Source: Acutalibacteraceae bacterium (GTDB taxonomy: Bacteria > Bacillota > Clostridia > Oscillospirales > Acutalibacteraceae). Taken from it: a DNA stretch of 32,789 bases. Position numbers and translations under genes: made by a program. The DNA lies in NCBI GenBank assembly GCA_045591155.1, contig JAZNSJ010000096.1, positions 1 to 32,789 of the forward strand, given 5' to 3'. Positions 19,138-26,214 of this stretch are shown here, piece after piece (positions within the stretch are counted from its first letter, which is position 1; every line of letters begins with the position of its first letter). The notes beneath the pieces were generated by a model that did not search any database, had not been told where the DNA came from, and saw only the letters and a program-made list of their open reading frames with translations.

Positions 19138-20193
19138 ATGAAGGTTGCAGTTATTGGTTGCGGTTCTATTGCCAACAGGTCGCATATTCCCGCATATTTA
19201 AAAAACGAAAAGGCAGAAATTAAATATTTTTGCGACATCATCCCCGAAAGAGCTGCCGATGCGGTAGAAAAATACGGCTGTGGTATTGCAGTTACTGACT
19301 ATCGAGAGGTTTTAGCCGACCCCGAGGTAGAGGCTATATCGGTTTGCACGCCCAACAATGTTCACGCTCAAATTTCTATTGATGCAATGCGCGCCGGCAA
19401 AAACGTTCTTTGTGAAAAGCCTGCCGCTCGCACTTATACCGAAGCTTTAGAAATGCAAAAGGTACAGCACGAAACAGGAAAGGTTTTAAACATTGGCGTT
19501 TGCAACCGTTTTCATAACGGTGTAAAAACACTTAAAAAGCTTATAGACGAGGGCGATTTCGGCGATATTTTTCATGTTTATGTAAGTTTTAGAGCATTTC
19601 GTTCAATACCGGGTCTTGGTGGAGATTTTACTACCAAGTCGGTAGCCGGAGGCGGTGCGCTGATTGATTGGGGCGTACATTTTCTTGATATAGTTATGTA
19701 TTGCTGTGGCGACCCAAAGCCACTTACAGTTACTGCAGAGGCTTTTTGTAAATTGGGTAAAAACATTCCAGAATACGTATTTCCAGGTGCTATGTGGGCA
19801 GGACCGCCGAAACCGGATGGCATTTATGACGTTGAAGATTCGGTTACTGCACTTATCCGTACCGAAGGTCCCACTATTACCGTTAATGGTGCGTGGGCTC
19901 AAAACGTAAAACACGATGAAATGTTTATAGATTTTATGGGTGACAAGGCTGGCTGTCGTATTAACTATTACACCAAGGATTTCACCGTTTATACAACCAA
20001 GAATGGTGAGCTTTATGAATATAAGCCCGAGTTTGAAAGTAATGTTCAGATTGCATCAGAAATTAATGAGTTTATTGATTGTATCCAATCGGGCGAAAAA
20101 CTGTCATCACATATTGACACCAACATTATTACCGCAAAAATGATGCAGGCAATTTACGATTCGGCAGATATGCATAAGGAGATACAACTATGA
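19138..20193 (+). CDS. Gfo/Idh/MocA-family NAD(P)-dependent oxidoreductase
   Basis: The start was moved to ATG 19138 (RBS GCGAGG). MKVAVIGCGSIANRSH is the Rossmann GxGxxA motif. VLCEKPAA is the family EKP motif. Confidence 0.9.
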   Translation: MKVAVIGCGSIANRSHIPAYLKNEKAEIKYFCDIIPERAADAVEKYGCGIAVTDYREVLADPEVEAISVCTPNNVHAQISIDAMRAGKNVLCEKPAARTYTEALEMQKVQHETGKVLNIGVCNRFHNGVKTLKKLIDEGDFGDIFHVYVSFRAFRSIPGLGGDFTTKSVAGGGALIDWGVHFLDIVMYCCGDPKPLTVTAEAFCKLGKNIPEYVFPGAMWAGPPKPDGIYDVEDSVTALIRTEGPTITVNGAWAQNVKHDEMFIDFMGDKAGCRINYYTKDFTVYTTKNGELYEYKPEFESNVQIASEINEFIDCIQSGEKLSSHIDTNIITAKMMQAIYDSADMHKEIQL

Positions 20194-21041
20194 TTAAAGT
20201 AGGTTTTATAGATTACTATTTAGATGAATGGCACGCACAAAGCGCACCCGCACACCTTGAAAAGCAATCAAACGGCGAGGTTAAGGTGTGCTATGCATAC
20301 GGCGAAATATCCCACCCCACAAAAGGCACGACAAGTGAGGAGTGGTGTGAAAAAATGGGTATAGATTGTTGCTCTACCATTGACGAAGTTATCGAAAAAT
20401 CTGATGTTTTAATGGTTTTGGCGCCCGACAATTGCGAAAGAAAAGAAGATTTATGTCGCAAGGCGTTATCAAGCGGAAAGCCCTGTTTTGTTGATAAGCC
20501 CTTTGGTACCGATTTGGCATCTGCAAAGCGTATGTTCGAAATAGCCGAAAAAAGCGGCACACCTTGTTATAGCTGTTCTTCACTTCGCTATGCGCAGGAA
20601 TACAACACCGTAAACCGCGAGGCGATACAGTCTTTGGTTTCGTTTACACCGCAAAATTCGTATGACAACTATATTCTTCATGGGTTAGAGCCCGCTATGA
20701 TGCTCATGGGCGAGCCCGCTGTTCGTGCTATGGCTGTAAAAAAGGATGATGCGTTTTATTCGGTAACGATTCAAATGCAAAGTGGTAGATACATAGTAAT
20801 AAACAGCTTTAACTATAACACGCCCTATTTGATGAATATATCAATCCCTACCAGCAATCAACTTATAAATTGTAGCTATGATTTTTGGATTTATCATTAT
20901 AAAGCAATGATAGAGTTCTTTAAAACAGGTGTAGCACCTGTATCGCATAAAGAAACCCTTATGATAGCCGCAGCGCGTGAAGCAGGCAAAAAAAGCATAG
21001 AAATGGGCGGCGAATGGGTAACGGTTGATAATAGTTATTAA
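20190..21041 (+). CDS. Gfo/Idh/MocA-like protein with a degenerate dinucleotide-binding motif (uncharacterised partner)
   Basis: Its ATG overlaps the upstream TGA (ATGA at 20190-20193), which implies translational coupling. The N-terminus MIKVGFIDYYLDEWHAQ has the beta1 strand but no GxGxxG. FVDKPF sits at the position of the EKP motif. Confidence 0.65.
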   Translation: MIKVGFIDYYLDEWHAQSAPAHLEKQSNGEVKVCYAYGEISHPTKGTTSEEWCEKMGIDCCSTIDEVIEKSDVLMVLAPDNCERKEDLCRKALSSGKPCFVDKPFGTDLASAKRMFEIAEKSGTPCYSCSSLRYAQEYNTVNREAIQSLVSFTPQNSYDNYILHGLEPAMMLMGEPAVRAMAVKKDDAFYSVTIQMQSGRYIVINSFNYNTPYLMNISIPTSNQLINCSYDFWIYHYKAMIEFFKTGVAPVSHKETLMIAAAREAGKKSIEMGGEWVTVDNSY

Positions 21042-21045
21042 AAAA

Positions 21046-21079
21046 GAAAACCTCACTTGCAGTGAGGTTTTCTTTTTTT
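21046..21079 (+). terminator. intrinsic terminator after the oxidoreductase pair
   Basis: GAAAACCTCACT-TGC-AGTGAGGTTTTC (12-bp perfect stem) followed by TTTTTTT. Confidence 0.9.
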
Positions 21080-21096
21080 GCGACAAAATACTATTG

Positions 21097-21125
21097 TTGA
21101 CTATTGAATTGCGCTATGCTATAAT
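21097..21125 (+). promoter_or_regulatory. sigma-A promoter of the GH3-GH2-symporter operon (extended -10)
   Basis: TTGACT (21097-21102), 17-nt spacer ending in TGC, TATAAT (21120-21125). Confidence 0.7.
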
Positions 21126-21204
21126 CAATATGAATAATAAACAAGAAATATTATTCGTAAATTTTGGAAATATTCTCTAAAAACAGTATGAAAGAGGAAT
21201 TGTT

Positions 21205-24200
21205 ATGGACGAAAAGAAGGTATTGTACAAGCGCACCAAAAAGGCATATAAAAAGGCAAAGCGCAAGGCAGTAGGATTATGGAAAACGCTGGCAATTATT
21301 TGCTTGGTGCTTACTATTATTCTGGTGCCCGTAAGTGTTGTTTTGGGTATGTTTGACAACACGGTTGCAGCCTTTGCTGGCGGTACTTTCTGGGAACTTG
21401 AAAACGAAGACAAAGATGCCCAGTATTATGAAATGGATTTTAAGTCCAATGAAGAAATGTACAAATACGGCGATGATATATGCTATCAGGTTGAGGCAGA
21501 GGGCGCCGCATTGCTGCTGAATCGTGACGGTGCACTACCGCTTGCCCAAGGCGACAAGGTAAGCACACTTTCTTCAAGCTCGGTTAATCTGGTTTATGGC
21601 GGCACAGGCTCGGGTAACGTTGACGCCTCTAAAGCCGACGACTTTAAAACCGCGCTTCAAAAATCGGGTCTTAAAGTAAATCCAACCCTTTGGGATTTTT
21701 ACAAAACAGGTGCAGGTGCGGCTTATGACCGCAGCGCTTCTGCGGGTGAAAGCGCAGTGCTTGCAGGTCAGGCATCTATTGCTGAAGTGCCTATGGAAGT
21801 TTACACCGATGATGTTAAAAACTCTATCGTAGAATATGGCGATGCTGCTATTATCACCTTCTCACGCGTAGGCGGCGAGGGGTATGACCTTCAGTTTACT
21901 GAATATAACTATTTAGCGCTTGACGAAAACGAAAAGGCATTACTTAAATATGTTTCTGATCTCAAAAAAGACGGCAAAATCAAGAAGGTAATTGTTCTTA
22001 TCAACTCGTCAAATGCATTGCAGGTTGATTTCTTAAAGGATGAAACATACTCAGTTGATGCGTGCCTATGGATAGGCGGTGTTGGTATTAAAGGTACAAA
22101 TGCTGTAACCGATATTTTGGCAGGTAAGGTTAATCCATCGGGTAGTCTTGTAGATACATATTGCTACGATAACTATTCTTCACCTGCTATGCAAAATTTT
22201 GTACCTACCACCTACGAAGGATTTGATGGTGAAAATATTGCAAAAAATGCATCTACCTATATGATTTACCAGGAAGGCATTTATGTAGGTTATAAATATT
22301 ATGAAACCCATTACGAAGACTATGTAATGGGCACAGGCAACGCAGGCGACTATAAATATGGAGACAAGGTTGCTTTTCCATTTGGCTTTGGTCTTAGCTA
22401 CACACAGTTTGATTATTCAAATATGAGTGTTGAATATAATGCCGAAACCGATCAGTTTGAAGTAAGCGTAAATGTTACTAACATCGGCAATGTGGCAGGA
22501 AAAGAAACAGTACAGGTTTATTCACAGTCACCTTATACCGAATATGATAAAGAAAACAAGGTAGAAAAAGCCTCGGTTGCTCTTTGTGGATTTACAAAGA
22601 CTAAGGTGTTAGAGCCCGGTCACAGCGAAATTGTTACCGTTTATGTTGACAAGCGTGATTTGGCTTCATACGACGCTTATGGTGCAAAGACCTACATTTT
22701 AGATGCTGGTGATTATTATCTTACCGCTGCTACCGATGCACACAATGCTATTAATAATGTGCTCGCGGCAAAGGGATACACCGTAGCAAACACTAACGGT
22801 AAGATGGATACCGATGGCAATAAGGCACTTGCTTACAAGTGGACACAAAACGCATTTGATGCCGAAACATATTCTACCTCTTTAAACGGCACAGAAATTA
22901 CTAACCAATTGTCAAATGCCGACCTTAACCTTTATGAAGGTAACGATGACAAGATTACTTATCTTTCACGTTCTGACTGGCAGGCAACCTGGCCTTCAAA
23001 AGAAATTTATAAGATTGCACTTACAAAGCAGATGATTGCCGAGCTTCAGGATGTGCAGTATAATGCCGACAACTATGATAAAGTAGAAATGCCAACACTT
23101 GGTGCCAATAATGGCATTACCCTTTACGATATGATTGGCAAAGACTATGATGATCCTGATTGGGATAAGTTGCTTGACCAGCTTACCTTTGATGAAATGG
23201 TATCACTTATAGGTGACTCATTCCATTGGAGAATGCCTGCAGAATCGGTTAACGCCCCCGGTGCGCGTGACGAAAACGGACCTCAGGGTCTTACTGCTGC
23301 AATATTTGGAGCAGGCCTCGGCGATATTGAGCCTACTGCATTTACATCTGAAGATGTAATGGCGGCAACCTATAATGTAGAGCTTATGTATGAGGTTGGT
23401 AAGGTTATTGGTAACAACTGCCTTGCAGCTGACGTTGTATGTCTATATGGTCCCGGTAGCAACACCCACCGCACACCTTATGGCGGCAGAAACTTTGAAT
23501 ACTATTCAGAAGACGGCTTCTTAGCTGGTGAAATCGGCGGTGCCGAAATTAAGGCTATTCAGGACAAGGGCGTTGACGTTGTTATCAAGCATTTTGCGCT
23601 TAACGACTGCGAGCAGGAGCGTTTGGGTCAGGCAGCATGGATAGGCGAGCAGGCTGCTCGTGAAATCTATCTTAAAGCGTTCCAAAAACCACTTGAGGAA
23701 TGTGATGCAAACGGTGTTATGACCGCTTATACCCGTTGGGGAACAAGATGGTCAGGTAGCTACAAAAACCTTATGACAAACATTATGCGTAACGAGTGGG
23801 GCAACAACGGTATGTCAATTACCGATAACGTTCTTGTTAATTATTGCAATGGCGTTGATGCACTTATGGCAGGCGGTGTTACAACATTTGACGCAATGCT
23901 TCCATACATTACTAACCAATTACCCAATTACGAAAACGATGCTGTTATAGTTACTGCTATGCGTAACGCTTGTCACCACAATCTTTATGCCCTTGCTAAT
24001 TCGTCGGGTATGAATGGAGTTGGCAAGAATACTGTAGTTAAGGCTATACAACCTCAAATTTTAATAATCGCTAAGATTGCTACTGTTGTAATTGCGATTC
24101 TTTTGGCAGCGTTTGTAGTGCTTTGGATTTTGGGTAGTAAAAAGCTACGTCAAACAGATGCGTATGCAAACTACAAAACCGCTAAAAAAGACAAAAAATC

Positions 24201-24210
24201 AAAAGTTTAA
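21205..24210 (+). CDS. glycoside hydrolase family 3 (beta-glucosidase/xylosidase-like), domain-permuted, with N- and C-terminal membrane anchors
   Basis: 1001 aa. The GH3 alpha/beta-sandwich (LLLNRDGALPL..., FSRVGGEGYDL) and the FnIII-like module (FPFGFGLSYTQF, VSVNVTNIGNVAGKETVQVY) come first. The catalytic barrel motifs (GRNFEYYSEDGFLAG, KHFALNDCEQE, VMTAYTRWG, MSITDN) come last. Hydrophobic segments lie at aa ~26-48 and ~953-978, and both are flanked by Lys/Arg-rich tails. Confidence 0.88.
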   Translation: MDEKKVLYKRTKKAYKKAKRKAVGLWKTLAIICLVLTIILVPVSVVLGMFDNTVAAFAGGTFWELENEDKDAQYYEMDFKSNEEMYKYGDDICYQVEAEGAALLLNRDGALPLAQGDKVSTLSSSSVNLVYGGTGSGNVDASKADDFKTALQKSGLKVNPTLWDFYKTGAGAAYDRSASAGESAVLAGQASIAEVPMEVYTDDVKNSIVEYGDAAIITFSRVGGEGYDLQFTEYNYLALDENEKALLKYVSDLKKDGKIKKVIVLINSSNALQVDFLKDETYSVDACLWIGGVGIKGTNAVTDILAGKVNPSGSLVDTYCYDNYSSPAMQNFVPTTYEGFDGENIAKNASTYMIYQEGIYVGYKYYETHYEDYVMGTGNAGDYKYGDKVAFPFGFGLSYTQFDYSNMSVEYNAETDQFEVSVNVTNIGNVAGKETVQVYSQSPYTEYDKENKVEKASVALCGFTKTKVLEPGHSEIVTVYVDKRDLASYDAYGAKTYILDAGDYYLTAATDAHNAINNVLAAKGYTVANTNGKMDTDGNKALAYKWTQNAFDAETYSTSLNGTEITNQLSNADLNLYEGNDDKITYLSRSDWQATWPSKEIYKIALTKQMIAELQDVQYNADNYDKVEMPTLGANNGITLYDMIGKDYDDPDWDKLLDQLTFDEMVSLIGDSFHWRMPAESVNAPGARDENGPQGLTAAIFGAGLGDIEPTAFTSEDVMAATYNVELMYEVGKVIGNNCLAADVVCLYGPGSNTHRTPYGGRNFEYYSEDGFLAGEIGGAEIKAIQDKGVDVVIKHFALNDCEQERLGQAAWIGEQAAREIYLKAFQKPLEECDANGVMTAYTRWGTRWSGSYKNLMTNIMRNEWGNNGMSITDNVLVNYCNGVDALMAGGVTTFDAMLPYITNQLPNYENDAVIVTAMRNACHHNLYALANSSGMNGVGKNTVVKAIQPQILIIAKIATVVIAILLAAFVVLWILGSKKLRQTDAYANYKTAKKDKKSKV

Positions 24211-24279
24211 TATTAAATAAAAAAAGGAGGCGCCCATAAGGGCGCTTCCTAAACATAGTTTTAAAGGAAAAAGAAGTTT

Positions 24280-26199
24280 ATGAGAAAAACACACCTGTTA
24301 AATGAAGATTGGATATTCACATATTTTGACGGAGAAAAAAGTAAAATAAATATCCCACACACCTGGAATAATATTGATGGGCAAGACGGTGGTAACGATT
24401 ATCGTCGCGGCACTTGTATTTATGAAAAGGATTTTGTCACGCCCCAATATAGTGATAATGAGTGTGTGTATTTAGAATTTGCAGGTGTAAACGCTTCGGC
24501 AAGGGTGATTTTAAACGACCAAGAGATTATGACTCACGACGGTGGTTATTCAACCTTTCGTTGTGATATAACCAAGCATTTAAAGGCAGAAAATCACCTG
24601 ACTGTTTATGTAGATAATTCGGCAAACGACCGTGTTTATCCACAAAAAGCTGACTTTACCTTTTACGGTGGAATATACCGTGATGTAAAGCTTATAGTTG
24701 TTAATAAACAGCATTTTGATATAGATTATTTTGGTGGCAACGGTTTGGCGGTAAGTGCCACACCAAAAGAGCAGGATGCTGATGTTTGGGTGCGTGCTTG
24801 GCATAATACCGAAAATGCTACCGTTAAAATTAAAATTTTTGATGATTTAGGTGTCGAGGTAGCATCGGGCAATGGCTGCGATACACATATAAAAATATAT
24901 GATGTTCATTTGTGGCAAGGCATAGATAATCCTTATCTTTACACCTGCGAGGCAGAGCTTGTGGTAGATGGCGCAGTTGTTGATAAAATTCAGGCTAAAT
25001 TCGGTGTGCGAGAGTTTTATGTTGACTCTAAAAAAGGCTTTTTCTTAAACGGCAAAAGTTATGCACTGCGTGGCGTGTGCCGTCATCAAGACCGCAAGGG
25101 GCTTGGCAACGCGCTAAATCTCGAGCATCACGAGCAGGATATTGATATGATACGCGAAGTGGGAGCCAACACAATTCGCCTTGCGCACTATCAGCACGAC
25201 CAATATTTTTACGACCTTTGCGATAAATACGGCTTTGTAGTGTGGGCGGAAATACCCTATATTTCAGAGCATATGCCAAACGGTCGCGAAAACACCATAT
25301 CCCAAATGAAAGAACTTATTATTCAAAATTATAATCACGCATCAATTTGTTTTTGGGGACTTAGTAACGTGATTACGATCTCTACCAAAAACAAAAAGGA
25401 TATGCTTGATAACCACCGTGTGCTTAATGATTTAGTGCACGAAATAGACCCAAGCCGCCCAACAACACTTGCTTGCTATGCGGTGTGCGGACCATTTAAT
25501 CCCGTGGCGCATATTTCGGATATTGTTAGTTGGAACTTATATCTCGGCTGGTACACACCGTTTTTGTGGCTTAATGATTTGTGGGTAGACTTTTTCCATC
25601 TTGTTTTCCCCAACCGTGCATTAGGTTATTCAGAGTATGGTTGCGAGGCGATGACAAATCTGCATTCAAGCCATCCATATCGCGGTGACCAAACCGAAGA
25701 ATATCAGTGCGTTTACCACGAATATATGTTACGCTTTTTTGAAAAACGTCCGTTTATGTGGGCAACACATTTATGGAATATGTTTGATTTTGCAGCCGAT
25801 GCGCGTAATCAGGGCGGCGAGCCGGGTATGAACCACAAAGGACTTGTAAGTTTTGACCGCGAGATAAAAAAAGACAGCTTTTATCTTTATAAGGCATATT
25901 GGTCAGACGAAAAATTTGTGCATATTTGCGGCAGCCGATATGTTGACCGAATAGAAACCGTTCATACTATTAAGGTTTATTCAAACTGTGACGAGGTAAC
26001 GCTTTATGCAAACGGCGAAAAGGTCGCTACCAAAAAAAGCAACAAGGTGTTTAAATTTAAGGTTACTTGTCTTAAAAACATCGAATTAAAAGCCGTATCA
26101 GGCGATTGTGAGGATACAACTTTCATTCGTAAAGTTCATAAGCCGAATTTAAGTTATAAGCTTAAAAAAGGCGGTGGCAAGGGTGAAAATTGGGTATAA
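24280..26199 (+). CDS. glycoside hydrolase family 2 (beta-galactosidase/beta-glucuronidase-like), cytoplasmic; the acid/base position is Val
   Basis: 639 aa with no signal peptide. The N-terminus LNEDWIF...PHTWN, NTIRLAHYQHDQYFYDLCDKYGFVVWAEIP and the nucleophile motif YSEYG are all GH2-like. The segment NHASICFWGLSNVI aligns to the NHPS..WS.GNE acid/base motif but carries V where E is expected. Confidence 0.88.
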   Translation: MRKTHLLNEDWIFTYFDGEKSKINIPHTWNNIDGQDGGNDYRRGTCIYEKDFVTPQYSDNECVYLEFAGVNASARVILNDQEIMTHDGGYSTFRCDITKHLKAENHLTVYVDNSANDRVYPQKADFTFYGGIYRDVKLIVVNKQHFDIDYFGGNGLAVSATPKEQDADVWVRAWHNTENATVKIKIFDDLGVEVASGNGCDTHIKIYDVHLWQGIDNPYLYTCEAELVVDGAVVDKIQAKFGVREFYVDSKKGFFLNGKSYALRGVCRHQDRKGLGNALNLEHHEQDIDMIREVGANTIRLAHYQHDQYFYDLCDKYGFVVWAEIPYISEHMPNGRENTISQMKELIIQNYNHASICFWGLSNVITISTKNKKDMLDNHRVLNDLVHEIDPSRPTTLACYAVCGPFNPVAHISDIVSWNLYLGWYTPFLWLNDLWVDFFHLVFPNRALGYSEYGCEAMTNLHSSHPYRGDQTEEYQCVYHEYMLRFFEKRPFMWATHLWNMFDFAADARNQGGEPGMNHKGLVSFDREIKKDSFYLYKAYWSDEKFVHICGSRYVDRIETVHTIKVYSNCDEVTLYANGEKVATKKSNKVFKFKVTCLKNIELKAVSGDCEDTTFIRKVHKPNLSYKLKKGGGKGENWV

Positions 26200-26214
26200 T
26201 ACGAGGTAATAAAA

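Noticed and set aside
24226-24250. Hairpin GGAGGCGCCC-ATAA-GGGCGCTTCC between the GH3 and GH2 genes, considered as a terminator
   Set aside because: It is a stable 10-bp stem but has no following T-run, and the GH2 gene has no separate promoter. It is more likely an intra-operon stabilising or processing hairpin, so it is not called as a terminator.
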